Counted from the first letter of the stretch, positions 1-16,402 are shown. The stretch: DNA of 64,000 nucleotides from Ramazzottius varieornatus (GCA_001949185.1 BDGG01000001.1:5073624-5137623), one strand, 5' to 3'. The notes: generated by a model from the sequence alone, not told the origin. A program made the numbers and translations.

Positions 1-466
1 AAGGAGGAAGAGGTCAACGTATTGAAATAAAAAAAGGAGCTGCTACGATATAATGACATACTTCGCCCTGGCACCGCTTCAAAAAACCATCGGAAACCAA
101 CTCGGCGCCTGTAGGCGTACGTTACATTGGGAAGCTTGCAGGAAATTCGGCGAAAATTTTCAACAGTTTGTTTGGAGGTCTTGGGATACCTTGATGTAGT
201 GTAAACGGTCAGGGCTTACTTCGAATATTCTGCAAATGATCAGAGGATTCGAATATTGCCACCTCAGCAAATTGAATATAGTCCAGGATATTTTCTTCTT
301 CCGGCTCGCACACTTGACTTTTGACTTTATCTGTAAGCTCAATATCTTCATTTTATTCCTTCTGACACGAACACACCTAATCGGAAATTTACGCACCCGG
401 TCCTCGTAATTTTCTTACAGTCCCAGACTGTGACTTCCGAGAAAGCTTACGCATCTCGGTAGCAGT

Positions 467-963
467 CTATATCGGTTTGGCATCTAGAAGTCGGTTTTCT
501 TCGCTGGCTCGGGCGCTGGCACTGTGGTCGGCGATTGGCATCAGATGACTCGCGTCCACTACCTCCTTCCCTCTAGTCAAACAAAAATACTGTTCCCTAT
601 TTGTTCTTCATTAGATTTTTCAGAACGTAATATTTGAGAGTCTACCTGAAAGCTGATCTTGCTGCGTCGTTCTGGAAAATGACAAGATATTCCGTTGCCA
701 GCTCTTTGTGCTGCGCGTCTGGCACATTTGGTGTTTCCCGCTTCATGACGATAGCTCCCTGGTGCCATCTACCATCCTGAGCCCGTACCCATACTCCTTC
801 ACCTAAAGCACAAACGATGATTAGACGCTGCTCGCTCAAGAGAATCCAGACCAAATCAGGAGTATCCGAAACGCGGGAATAGGTATCATGTCAGCACTCA
901 GTACTCACCGATCTTGAAGTCAGTCCTTGAGAAGTCCCGATCCGTTGAGTTCCTGTGGGCCAT
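467..963 (-). CDS. Small stand-alone Tudor-like domain protein (~105 aa, 3 exons: 963-909, 802-646, 572-467)
   Basis: GT-AG splicing with matching phases gives MAHRNSTDRDFSRTDFKIGEGVWVRAQDGRWHQGAIV...EYLVIFQ...RGKEVVDASHLMP...KPI*. The pattern F-x-x-G-x-x-V-W-x-R-x-x-D-G-x-W-x-x-G-x-I...Y-x-V-x-F...E-x-V-x-x-x-x-L is Tudor/Agenet-like. Confidence 0.6.
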
Positions 964-2496
964 GGCTGAAGTGTTCGATCGAGAATGCCAGCTCCTTGTC
1001 GCGACAAACAACGAGCAACTTGTGGTCACATGTTTTGGAGTTCTCGTTCACACCGCATGCAGTCAATGTGGGATAAGTAACCATGCGGCACATGGCACGA
1101 ACCTTCCTGCATGTGACTAATGGCTGTCTCAGCAACACGCGCATATTGCAGCACGTTCCGCTTCTTGCTGACTATATTTAGCCTCATCAGATATAATGTA
1201 GCACCAAGATACAAAAAATACTGTGATATCGACGCCGGCTTTGCTGTTTAATGCCGCGAGCAAGCGTTCAGATGGCAGCACTTCGTCCACGGACTCTGAA
1301 GTAAACTACAGTATAATGAAGTACCCATTCGGAGAGGTGGGCGGCGAACACTGTGAAAGAGGCGCACGCTTCATGATCCACGTACGTGCACAGTGATTCG
1401 GCAGTGAGTGGTCAAGCGATCTCGCGGCAATGGTGGACTACGTAGATCCGGTCGGCTGGTGTCTTTTCGGGCCGAATACTTCGTGTGTTTCTGATAGCTT
1501 TACTAGTCCTCCTCACGAAGGCTGTAAAAGTTGGTGGATTGTGTTGATTTAAAAGTACATGACCAAATTTCGATTTCTAGATAAGCAGCCCTCGAGCAGC
1601 TTACTTAGAAAGCGAAACCTGCTAATCTCCTGCACACGTGATTTGAAATTTCGAATTTCCATCAGTGTTTTACATGGCGGGATACCTGTTCTTGGTCGGG
1701 TTTCTTCATACTATCATCGTCACGCATATTGGGGATACAGATTAGCCAGAAAGAAAGTCTGGAGTGTCGGTCCTGTCTTGAAGCAAAGTAAGCTTACAAA
1801 CTACCCCGCGAAACTCGCGCATTTCCGGCGCGTTAGCCGTTGTTTTCGAGGTTTTCGAAATTTGTTTCACTCACGAGTCACGACCAATTACAGGTGATCA
1901 AGGAAATTAAAATTTCAAATCAACTGGTTTCCAGATGAACAGCCCGTCGTGAGGAGGGCAACTGTTTGAGCCAATGATGATCATTATACGCTGCGAACGG
2001 TTTCATTAATAGGATTTGTTTTCGCCATAAGAAAAACCGTTGACGGCATTGGCCATGAAGCCACGCCTGTGCAAAAACAATCCTCTTGATATTTTCAATG
2101 TTTAAGCTTTTTGATTGGGAATACTGTATCGTACTGACCGAAAACGGGAAAAGATCTATAAACAAGAGTACAGCTCGTACAGTATGACAATCTCTCTTCG
2201 AGAAACCATCGAATCTAGCGGTAAACAACACAGTGAGACAGAATGAATATAAGGACTCTCTAAAATGTCGCTACTGCGTTGTAATACACAAAATCAACCA
2301 TGCATTAGTAATCTTTAACAAACTTTAAATTATTTCCAACTAGAAAACAGAGTACCACGCTTCAACGCGATTCAACCTTTGACCGAGTCGGTCAGTTCCC
2401 CGCACTGGTAACTAACACCTATTCCAATCTTTCGCCCTTCATGTACAAATCCTCCCGCAGTCTGACCCTGAGCATTTCATACAAGGAAGAACAGAG

Positions 2497-4820
<2,324 letters not shown>

Positions 4821-5392
4821 CGCAAACCACCCGCAATCCGTTTTCGCGGCCGAAGCTCAACAAGACCTAGGAGAACCAAAAAAAGCGTTTGAAGATTACG
4901 AAGAGGATGAGGCCAACAAGCGCAACTTACCATAAAGGATCGCAGAAACAGCAGGCGCATATCACAGATCAGGGAAGCTTGATTGATTGAGCCACTGTTG
5001 GATGATACGAAGATGACACTTCATCCCGCTGAGCTTCGCCAGTACGAAACAGCAGACAATGGATGTGCGTTATTCGATTAAGACGCAGGGAAATGTGGGC
5101 TGTCAGTGGCACTCACTGGCACCGAAGAGATCCCAAGGGAATGGATGACTCTAACGGAGAATATCTCCTCGCGCTCCCAAGATGAGGGTTGTGCTCGTAT
5201 CCAGCACCGCGAACGTCAATGAATGATGAAGTGGGAACGTATACGAAGATCAGTCCACAGCCGTACACGGAACGCTGCCGGATTAAGGTCGGACAGAGGA
5301 TGTGGAGGGAAGACAACTTCCAGCACCCGAAGAATAAAATTACAGTTTATGTTAAGTTGATGCGTCGTGATTTCCCGTTTAGCCAGCAGTAA

Positions 5393-5408
5393 ACGTCACG
5401 TGTGACGT
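5393..5408. promoter_or_regulatory. Palindromic ACGTCAC-GT-GTGACGT (overlapping E-box and CRE half-sites) upstream of PTEN
   Basis: Near-perfect palindrome containing CACGTG and TGACGT in the PTEN 5' intergenic region. Motif match only. Confidence 0.25.
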
Positions 5409-5865
5409 AATGGCTCGCGGCACCGCCTTGAATAATAAAAATAATCTTGGTAACAATGGCGTATAGAGTAAAAACTGCGAAAAATGGCGAAACAGTCGAC
5501 GGTGAACCCATGTCTGAAGATACGCGGGCAGATATCCATCATTCTTGTCTACCTCGATGGGTATTTCCGATATTCGATTTACTCACGTGCCCAGAACAGC
5601 GACCAAGGTTTTTATCTCGTGACCGGCATCCACCGGTCGCTATAATTACACGTATGATATTTCTTCCGGGCTGCCTTTTGATATCGATACCATCCAAACA
5701 AGCGGGGTTAATAGGGCTATGATTGAGATTCGAAATACCGAAGACAGTTCACCTTACACTGGTTTCAAAAATTCGTTAATCCGCAAATCCCATACCTTGC
5801 CACAGCGAAATTACTTCCATCACCTCCCGATCGTTCTTTCGTTTCGGACGACTTTAGGTCGTAAG

Positions 5866-8520
5866 ATGGCTGAACTCGTGGACGGCTATAAAGATCCGGT
5901 CTCGGGAGATTTGGATGACAATGATGAAGGCCTTGAGATCGCCGATGAGGAATTATCGACCAGCGATTTTACCCCGGCGGATTTATGGCATCGTCTGCTC
6001 TTACACCCGAAGGAAGATACTTTTGGACACCTCCATATTCAAAGGCTTTCCAGCTGATAAGGTAAGCCTAATCGTACAGTGTCGTTTAGTGAGTAGGGAA
6101 TCAGCTTCGATTTGTGCTGAATATCGAGCCTGGTGCACGTGCTTTCTACAGCTGTATCCCTTTTGACCTATTGCAGGGTATCGGAAAACGTTAAGATGAC
6201 ACGGCTTGCAGAAATCAGCCGGGGCGCCTTTTTGACGTGGTCCGAAGAGAAAGGTTTCGTACAGTTTGTCACCGGAAAGCTTTGAGGAACTCCATTGTCT
6301 GAGAAGGAAAACATCAAAAGACCGCCTGCAGTTGAAACGCAATTCGAGGAAACAACTCATGACCACATGCGCACAGAACGGAGGGAAGTTCCTCGACTGC
6401 TCCGCGGCTTCTGTGGCAAATTTATCGCGCTTGAGTATTCTATCACCACTATCACCTTCTGAAAGATACGATTTGAGATGCAAGAACGTCAGTCAGTACA
6501 TCAAGAACCTCGCCCTCAAGAAAACGCAAGTACTTCGGTTTCCCAAACGTACGAGGAGCGAGACCCAACTTTGTCCGTTTGCCCGAACTGGCGACAACTT
6601 TGTCCGCTGACGATTTCTCACTAATCTTCCGCTATCAAGATCCCAAAATTATTTGCAAGGATTTTCAAACACTTAGCTTCATTTCTCTCCAGTCAGAAGT
6701 GAGAATAAGTGGAAGATCAGGACGGGAGAAATTCCAGAATGGAAGTCGTTCGGAAATTCGTTCGGTATTAGGGAACACGCTCTCTGCAGAGGGCACGTCA
6801 AGGAGGGCCATTTAAACCACATATGCGCCCACCCGAGCAGGAACACGCATTTCCAACGTGTGCCCAAGGCTGATTTAGGCCTAGCACTACCGTTTTCCTC
6901 CCAAATCGGAACGGCTACAACTTTTTCCACTTCCACGCGGAAACGCTTTGCTTTACAAAATTCCTTTAACTGTGAACTACCAATGAAGGCTGCCCTTCTT
7001 TCTGCTCAATCTTGTATGATCTCCCTTGCCTCTTAGTGATCTTTGCGGAAAGGTTTTCCACCGACTTGCGTTCTGCTACTTCTGAAGGGCTAGTGAAGGC
7101 TATCATCCGTTCCAATTCACCCGATACCCATGAAAAAGCCGTGGCGAGAAGTCATGTCACCTTGAATTTGCTCCCTCCTGCTACCTCTGTTCAGAGTGGT
7201 TGGACTGAAACCACCCAGGTATTGAACTGTAAGTCGAAAATACTTCTTGATTCTGAGAGCCAACAGAAGAAAAGGTATGGAGCAGAGGAAAGTTAGGCTG
7301 GTTTAATGACCCGCTGTCTCGTCTTCCGGTGGCGCATGACGTCATCGGAAGTGTAATTGCCAAACCGAAAGCGGTTGTGGGTGATTCGGTGAAAGCGCCT
7401 GTGGAAACTAGTAATCTCATTGATGGCTCTGAAAATCATGAATGAACTTTCGGCTAGGCTTTGAGGGTGGAATTAGCGAAATCTTTCACGCTTCAGGAAG
7501 ATATAGCGATGTGAAGCACAGTCGTCGTGCGCCACTTGGGAAGATAGCCTATCGCAACATCGCTTAATGAGTCATATGTGACTTCGAAAATAGAAACAAG
7601 GTGCTCATGCGGTAGGTGCACATTGGCTTCTACCTTGATTCCTACGGAGAATCGGAAAGTCTAAAACTTCGTCCATTCTTTCCCGGTCGCCTTATGGCGG
7701 TAAACGTGATCAGCTAATCTCAACCCAGCCAGGACGCCAAAATTGCCACCTGCAGAACTTGACTGGACAAAGTATTTCCGTGGTCAAAGTAGGGCCTCGC
7801 TCCTCGTACCTTTCCGACTTCCGTCACTGTCTTCAACTACTTCCCTTTGCATCATAACATCCGGAACTAATATGATCGGGCGCTGGCGTGCAACGCCTGG
7901 ACTCTTGTTGAGCAGCCACATAAGAAAGAACTGAGCAAGAATGAGGCTCAAGCCATCGGATACGGCGCCTTATCAGACGACGCAGATGAGCAAGAGTCGA
8001 GAGTATATTTTGCCTGAGAAGCAACAATACTTGGATGCTGCCGGACAACGCGAATGACTGGGCGGCAATGTTCTGGCCATACCCGGATGAACAGCTGGCA
8101 TGGTTGAGGTCGTCGCCTAGAATGTTGGCCGATTATTGTTCAGTACCTATATTCTTGAGACTGATGGATTCGGCATTCGCGGATTACCGGGCAACAACAG
8201 GCACGAAGAGTCCGCGTTTCGATTTCGTGATTAGTTTGATCAGGCTGGGAATGGGTTTGCATTGATTCGGGCGTGTGGTGTTTGGTGCGGTGACTTATTT
8301 TTGCAGATCCGAATTCCTTGAAGGAGCTGGACCGCCGGCATAGATGGGAGTGCAGTGGAAGGCTGAAGAGCTGGATATCATGGATTGCGCATTCTTCGCC
8401 AGACTTCGGAGGGGATATTCTTTCCTCCTCCCTACGCAGTACCACCTGACCTCGATGACGCGCATGGTAACTGACGCAGATTCGAAGCAAGACAGCCTCA
8501 GAGAATTTCCAGCTCTTTCA
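5866..8520 (+). pseudogene. Orphan gene family member, copy A (frameshifted, internal stops)
   Basis: Translated blocks align with copy B: DLWHRLLLHPKEDTFGHLHI, TRLAEISRG, FCGKF...ITTITF, NVSQYIKNLAL, WMLPDNANDWAAMFWPY, MGVQWKAEELDIMDCAFFAR. Frames switch between blocks. Confidence 0.6.
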
Positions 8521-9290
8521 ATCATTCCTTACAAGCAAAATTTTATAGTGTCAGCTCTTTTAATTACATATTTAGTGTTTTATTTCCAGTGCCCGCTTTG
8601 ATACTTACATTGATACTTCTCCATTTCGTTATTTCCACGCTCGAACTACAGTCTATCGTAACATGTAGTCCCTTTTCGAATTTTAAACGTATAATCATGA
8701 ACAATTTGCATTCTGCTTTACGTGCTGCTGTTTTTGAAACTGCAACAAAAACTGAACTGTTGAACGTGTTGGACCTCGAACCTACGTGCAAGCGTTGTTG
8801 GCAGCTAAAAGACGCCATTTGTTTTGATCCTGCCGTCCTCTCTCATGAAAATGTCCAGTTCTCATCGCCGTGTTGATATTCTAATGTAGCGATTCCCCTT
8901 CTCGTAACTGGCTCGTTTTTGCTTTTTACGAAAACTTTCCATTACCATTACTGGAAAAAACCATCACGGAAAAATTTATCTCGGGAGAGGAGCAATCTCC
9001 GGACCCATCATGTATTTCTGATTACTGGCTGGAACGAGGAAGTAGAATATATTTCATAACAGTCGTAATTTCCTGTCGAAAGTTCTACATGTATATTCCT
9101 CTCATTCGAGTATATATACTTAATTACCATAAATTCACACTCAATTATCATAAACTCCCGCACTGTATTTCCGGGTCTTCCGTTCAAACCACGATATATT
9201 TCAATCAACCGAATGTTGTGTCGCGTTATCGCTCATGTCGGACGCGGTGCATTTCGCACTTTTCTTAATTTACGTGAAGTCATATAGAAG

Positions 9291-9438
9291 TCATTACGAG
9301 AAGCTATCACGGACTTCCGTCAATAGCTCCGAAATGAGTGATTCCACTTCTCCTGTCATAACCGACTCGAAATGATCGAAAGTAGAATCACTCATTACGG
9401 AGCTCCTGACGGAGGTCCGTAATGGTTCTCCGTGATGA
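9291..9438. repeat. ~150-bp imperfect palindrome (MITE-like hairpin)
   Basis: Left arm tcattacgagaagctatcacggacttccgtcaatagctccgaaatgagtgattccacttc pairs imperfectly with right arm gaaagtagaatcactcattacggagctcctgacggaggtccgtaatggttctccgtgatga. Confidence 0.7.
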
Positions 9439-9692
9439 AGTGGAATCGCTGCATGAGGAAGTCATGTTCAGGGTTCCTGCTTGTCCGGTACAATCAAGTT
9501 TCAGCGCATGGAGACCCAGCGCTGGCTTGTGCATGCTTCCTAACTTTATTGCTTTCCCGACGCGAACTCAGTGTAGCCTTGATTTCTCCAGCACCGGATC
9601 ACGTTCTGCGATCTTCCTTTAAACACTCCTGCTTTGTCCAACCATTTGTTTGACAATCCCAGCAAGCCATCATCTGCCCAGGAACCCATCCG

Positions 9693-11038
9693 ATGGATGT
9701 CGATGAACAGCCACTCCCTGAAGATGACATTGCTGAACAGGAGGCACCTCAAGAGGAAGCGCTGACCAGTGATTCCACCGTGGTGGAATTACGGCATCGT
9801 CTTCCCTTACACTTGAAGGAAGATACTTTTGAACATCTTCATATTCGAAAGGGTACTCAACTGATCAGGTAAAGCTGTAGTGTCTAAAATCTGACGGACT
9901 GCACTCTCCAGGGAGAAATTCTACTGTGCTGAACGTTTCCGGATGTTTCCAATCACATATCGTTATTTCTACTTGAATTTGAAATATGGAATGTATTGTA
10001 GGGTATCCAAAAGTTTCCGTACCACCCTTACACGTCTCGCTGAAATCGACCATGGCATCAGCTTCTTATTGTGGCCTAAAAAGACTGACCCATTCTTTTA
10101 CGGGTACCTCCAAAGAGGGCTCGACAGCCTAAAGCGATTATTTGGAAAAACCAACTACTGCTGAAAGAGGGAGCAATCAAACATCACGTCATTACGTGCA
10201 CGGCTACCTTGAGGAACTGCATTGATTGCTCCCAGTTCTGCGGTAAGCTCATCAAGCTCCATCATCCGCTGAGCACGATCACCTTCCATAAAGCTGGACT
10301 TTACACTCACAACGTCAGCACACAAATCAAACGCCTGGCATTGGAGAGGGCGCAGACAGTACGATTTTTAAAATATACCTTTGCGACAACCATGGCTTTC
10401 TTCAAGTTTTTCCCACCACATCACACCAACGGGAATCTTCGCCCTCAGTCGCTGACAATCAACTTCCGGTCGCCTGCTAGATTGTTGGCCGACAAAACAC
10501 TGACGCAAGAGATGGCGAAAGCTGTTGAAGCCAAAGCCAGCGCAGAAGCTGGTGGTCACGCTGAAAACCAGAAGACTGGCGTGGCCAGTAGGTATAACAA
10601 GTGGTTACTGCCGGACAACGCGGAAGACTGGATTAAAATGTTTTGGCCGTACCAGTTGGAGTGTTGGATTGGTTGCAAGCTTCGCTCCAAATATTGGCCG
10701 ACTATCCTCCACCACCCATTCTTCCACGAACAATGGAATCCGAATTCAATCAGTACTGCAACAGCAGGTACAAGGATTTCAAGCGTCAGAATTTCAGATT
10801 TGGATGTTAGTTTGCAGTGGCTTCATCTTGATTTGACCTGTGGTACAAGGCGGTGTGACAATCTATATTCTTCGCAGGCCCGCATTTATGAACGAACTGG
10901 GGGGCTCCCAAGATGGGACTGCACTGGAAGAACCAAGAATTGGACGTCGTGGACTGTGCGTTCTTCGCTAGAATTGTGAGCAACACCCTAATGTCGAGTC
11001 CTCCCCCATACCCACTACCAGATGACATCCGTGTATGA
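9693..11038 (+). pseudogene. Orphan gene family member, copy B (frameshifted, internal stops)
   Basis: Blocks ELRHRLPLHLKEDTFEHLHI, TRLAEIDHG, FCGKLIKLHHPLSTITF, NVSTQIKRLAL, WLLPDNAEDWIKMFWPY, MGLHWKNQELDVVDCAFFAR are colinear with copy A, with introns at equivalent positions. Confidence 0.6.
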
Positions 11039-11807
11039 GAAACTGATACGATTTTTAGTTCCCTAAATTTCCCCTTCACCAGTTACTTTCATATCGCATA
11101 ACTAAGAATCCCTTTTCTCATCGTAATGCTTTTTTTTGGTCCAAGTAATTGACTTATGAGTAGTTCAATCTGGGACCGTGGCGCCCTCTGACTATCGGAA
11201 CTTTCTTCCTACTTCGACAAGCACAGCATTCTTTGCGTTCTTTTCTGTAACTGTCAGAATGAAAGTATCCATTCCACTTTCTAACCTTCCCGCAGATCCA
11301 CATCGGAAAGATACACGGGAGTATTGATTCTGACTTGTAACGTATGCGTTAAGACCTTGCAACTGTTTGAACTGTATGTACCTCGTACGCGTACTTAAAA
11401 ATATGTCACCGTTTCGGACATTTGGTCACTTTGGAACACTCGCTCTTGCTTCTTCGAACTACCTTTCTTCCATAAAAGTACATTTGCGAGGTCGTCGGCT
11501 GAAGTATGGCTACAACCGTACGGTAGGCGCGAAGACTCATCAGCTATTTTCACTGCACGGTTCTTGCTTTCCACCCTGCGGCCACCTTTGATATCACGCC
11601 CCTACCACGGACAGCAGGCTCTTCAACACGTACCTTTATGACACTTTCGATTTTACTGTACCGACCAGCGCAGCTTAGGTATGCATCGTTCCAGTCATGC
11701 GTTACTCTCACTTACTTTTCACTTTCCACTGCTCACAGTTATTTGCTCGACTACGTGTCTATGAGTCGAGCAGCAAAATTTGTCCCAGAAGACAAACCAT
11801 TTGAAAA

Positions 11808-13423
11808 ATGTCACTGCCTCGTAGAGGGGACAGCGCGGCAGGGGATGTTGCCGTGGATCAGCTCGTTCCCATAGCCGGACCTCCACGTCGTATTGTTCAG
11901 TTCAACTACGAATGGCGCATTGGGAATTATCGTCGTGGGGCGATGAAGGAGGAGCTCCTTCGCTCACAGCCTTTTTCTTCCAAGGACCCACAACGATGCA
12001 AGTGGATGTTGGAACTTTTTCCACATGGATCACCTGACGTGTACAACCAAGGCTACGCTTCGGTCTTCCTTATCCTGAAAGAATGTCGACCGGAGGACCA
12101 TATCGTTAGCGCGACCGTACAGTTCGGTATCCGGAAGTTTGGACCGGAAATCAAGGATGTTTACTTTGAGCCGTCGGAGGTGGACTTCGAGAAGGATCGG
12201 CGGTTTGGGCTGGTCAGGTTCATGACTCAGTCGGAGATATTTAACAAAGAGAATAACTTTTTGCATCATGACTCCATGACGGTGTTGTGCGACGTAAAGA
12301 TCCTCAACGCACTGGATATACCGGGTGGTTCTACTCCACCGCCGCCCTTGCAGCACAACTCAACACTGAAAAGGACGTCATCGTTTGGAAACGCTAAGAA
12401 TTTCTTCCTAAGATCCTCGCAAAGACGGACAGCAGAGGATCGACCAATCCTTCATTCAGACGCGGGAAGTCATGTGGTGAGTTCACCTAGCTGCATGTAG
12501 TCGTTTCTCATGATAACGGAAAGACCGTAGAAAAAATTAGGATTGGATGAGAGCTCTGCCGGAAGGATTGTCTCCAGATCGGTCAATCCAGCTTTACTGT
12601 AACTTAACAGCTGACGGTGATTGTGAGGTTCCTTAACATTTCTGAGCGGTCCTTTTTTGTCAGAGAGAAAACGTTTCGTGGAATAATCCACTCTCGATCC
12701 TGTTTCCTTGCTTAAATACTGACTTTTCACAAAACATCCTTCAACATTTTGCAGCGTTCGGATACGAGTAGTGTCACATACGAAAGTCGCTCCACAGCGC
12801 CAGCGCCACCACTACCTCCCATCCCTCACCGAGAAGCTGCCCACCGCGAAAGTGCCACTGGCTCATACAGCCCCGTTCAAGGTCTCTCTCGCACCATCGA
12901 AATCCCCAAAGATACTCTTCTTGAAGACTTGGCCGCCTTACTTAATACCGGACGCTTCTCGGACGTGACACTCGACGTGGGCAAGCGCGAGTTCAACGTC
13001 CACAAGGCCATCTTGGCCGCTCGGTCTCCCGTTTTCGAGAGCATGTTTTCCACCAATCTAACCTCCAACCACTACGCCATATCGGACGTCACTTCCAGAG
13101 CCATGAAGGAACTGCTGTATTTCATTTACACAGGTAACACAGACAAGACTCCGAGCATCGTGGAGGAGGTACTGGAAGCCGCTCAAAAATACAAGGTGGC
13201 GCAGTTACAAGCCATATGCGAGACCTTAGTGCTGAGGGAGTTGCATGTAGAGAACGCAGTCAAAACTCTAATTTTAGCTCATGAACATAAAGCACAACAA
13301 CTAAAAGAAATTGTGCTGGAATATATTGCCCGCAATTTTCAAGCTATAAAACGAACCGATGGGTGGAATATTTTGCGTACCAGCCACACGGACCTCTACG
13401 CTGATATCATCGACTACATGTAG
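11808..13423 (+). CDS. Speckle-type POZ protein-like (MATH-BTB-BACK) Cullin3 adaptor, 2 main exons
   Basis: MATH domain FNYEWRI...KWMLELFPHG...YASVFL...RFGLVRF...MTVLCDV (11808-12500). BTB FSDVTLDVGKREFNVHKAILAARSPVFESMF...ELLYFIYTG and BACK-like LHVENAVKTLILAHEHKAQQLKEIVLEYI (12749-13423). Confidence 0.9.
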
Positions 13424-14015
13424 AGATTATTCGCAGTGGATTAGACGGGTTGTAGCGACGCGATAATTTCGAGAACCACAATGGAAAACATATAGCATTT
13501 AATTAGCTTTAAATATCGACACGATCCTTTCTAATTTTTTTTGTCATAACATTCGTTTTCGAATATTTTTTCTTTGGCACAGTTGATCTGTTTTCTATTT
13601 ACTTTCTGCATTAATATGCAAACCAATTTCGTTGTAACAGTTTGTCGCTCTGAATTGATTTAAAGCGGTTACTCAATAATAAATGGCAAGTCGTTTAGCG
13701 TAACTTTCGCCGGAAGCTCTGTACGAGCAGACAGTTGCGTACAGGTCGATTGCATGGCTATCGCCATGTTTGGCCATACAAAATTCTCTTTACTATTCGG
13801 CGGTATATCACAACTGAATAAAAGAATTTCCGATATTAATATAATTCGAATCAATATCGGAATTTATGTACAGAAAACTCAAATTCGGGCAAGAAAAATC
13901 AGGAACAGCTTTTTTAACACTTCATCAGAATTAGCACAATACTGTAAACGCGACTCAGTACTACCAGTCGGCAAGTTAGAACATCACGGTCAGAAACTTT
14001 TCGTATTAAAGGTCT

Positions 14016-15232
14016 TCAACAAGGAACTTCGTAACTTTGGCATTTATCATTCCACAGAGCATCCATATTGGCATCATTGACATAATGAATGGCCAAGAAG
14101 GCTTTTTTCGCACAGGTGGTTCGTTTCCAGCTCGTCCCTTTCACGTCGTACCCCGCCAGTCCCCAGTGCTGTACACCGGCTTCCTTGGCTGCCATGCCGG
14201 TGATGAAGACGTCATCGTGCCACAGGTACTTGAGCACCGTGACAGCTTCCGCCAACTTCCTCACTACATTCCGACTCACAGCGTAAAGTATTCCCGACAC
14301 GTACGGCGGGAAGTCGTCTTCGGGGAAGTCTGCGTACGGGACGTTCCATTTGTTAGCTGGGTCGCGGATAACCGGCGCCCCTTGAGCCCAGAACAGCCCG
14401 AATATGCCTTCCTTGTCTTGATGCTTTCGCAGAACCTTGACGAACCGCGGGAGGTTCACCCAACAGTCGTCGTCAGCTTTAGCGACGAAGTTTGCTTGAG
14501 GACAATGGAGAAGTGCCCAGTGAAATAGCGCGATACCTTTGCGTGTTGCTTCGGCGTATCCATCAACGAACGCGGCGGACTGTACGACGTCGTCGTAGGT
14601 CTTGGCTTCTCTCTCGATCTCTTCTTGAAGATCTGCGTCTTTCACTTGGCCTGAAACAAAATCATAGGACTGAAACTTTCGATATGCTAACTGGCTCCCT
14701 CGAGAATAAGAAATTAGTATCAAAACAGTTATCAAGAAAAATAGACGAAATATTTTCGAAATAGCCCACCTAGTATGAAAAGAATCCTGATTGACCGCGT
14801 GGAAGAGTTGATGGTCTGAGATGGACAAGAGCTAGCTAGTGAGCCAAAGGTTCTCCGGATACTTTCTCGTCGTGCGAATGCATTGGGACGGGAGAATACG
14901 ATGAGGAGCAGGAAAGGCGCCGCAGCGCTTGAGCATGACGATGGTGTTACTGTGAAGTGGTCGAAGGCGCTGAATGATGATATCGAGGAACTGGAATTTG
15001 AGGAACTTGAGCTGTCATCCATTGTACGTTGTTGTGAAAGGAATGCCGGAGAGTACTGGTCGAGGAAGCTTCCGGAGGAACAGAATGAAGGGGCATTCTC
15101 AGCACGATTGCAGGACAGGGTTATCAGGAACAGACCGGTGGTCGAGATCAGGAGCAGAGCCAGGAAAAAAGCTCCTGGACGTGCACACTTCATCTTTAGA
15201 CTTTGCTTCGGCTCCGAGTCATCTAGTTTCAT
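14016..15232 (-). CDS. Beta-1,3-galactosyltransferase (GT31 family), type II membrane protein, one intron (~14769-14652)
   Basis: N-terminal TM (FFLALLLISTTGLFLITL); LLIVFSRPNAFARRESIRRTFG; FVAKADDDCWVN; FPPYVSGILY; DDVFITG. Confidence 0.9.
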
Positions 15233-16402
15233 GTCAAAGTTCAAGCGGGGCCTCGAGGCTATGAGGAAACTTAACACCTGCGAACCAAGATCAGAATACC
15301 GAAAAAGTAGTTTGGCTTTTGGGAGGGAATATCGCTAATTTTTTCCACACAACTCGACATGGTCGCGGTCAACTTACGATGGAGAAAAGTGCGCTTTGGA
15401 GCAAAGCAATGGACGGAGGTACCTGACCGACGTGACCGTCATTGATACCGGAAAGGTGGTGGTATCAGGTGAACATTGTGGTCCAAGTGGCCTTGTTTAA
15501 CATTTCCGACTGCTGCATCTGCAGGCTTAAAGCAAACAATAGACAATGTCAGGCATAAAGTACTGCATTTAGCAATCGATTTCACGTACCTGTATCAACG
15601 AGCACGGAGGTTGATCTTAAATTTCAACGCATGGTATCGTTGGATCACACTTCACAGCACAAGTTTCAATCCATGATATCAGAGCTAGGATATGAGAGAA
15701 TTCTCGAGAATATTACAGCAGAAATATTCGTCTGGCTTTCTGTATTCTTAGTTGAAACTGATGAATCCGCTGAAGTAAAAATCGGAGCAATCGACATTCT
15801 ACACGGCTAAAAGCGGCTCAACAACGACCGGGATACGACTTACACGATTAGACGGCTGAAGAAACAGAAAAATCAATAGTGTGATACCATTACTTCCCTC
15901 TGCCACAGAGGAACTATGCCGCAATGCGAGTGCCGGAATGCAAAAATGCCAAGTCTCGTATTCGTCAGCTGGAAACCGTCGACGCAAAATCAACCTTCTA
16001 TCGATGATCGTCCGATAAGATCACCACTTGCATTCTTAAGTAACACAGCACAATCCTACCATACCCGCGCTGTACTGCCCAATTTACTCCTTCCCCTACA
16101 GCGCCGCTGACATTTCAAGGATGCTCACGCCCACTTCACCTCTCTCAAGCTCGACTACCAACGATAATAATCGTGTTACCTTCCCAGCCACATGCTGGCG
16201 AAAAACTTGCCTAATAAACACGCACCCACAGCAAGGTGATTTACCAACGTTAAAATTATTTGGGGAAAAGACGGATAAAAATGAAAGGAAAGCAAGCGCC
16301 GTGTCTCGGAGTTCATCAAGCGAAACCAAACCTGTCACGCAGAAACAATAGAACAGTACTCGTTTCCGGATGTAAACTTAACATGAAGATCAACGAGAAC
16401 AG

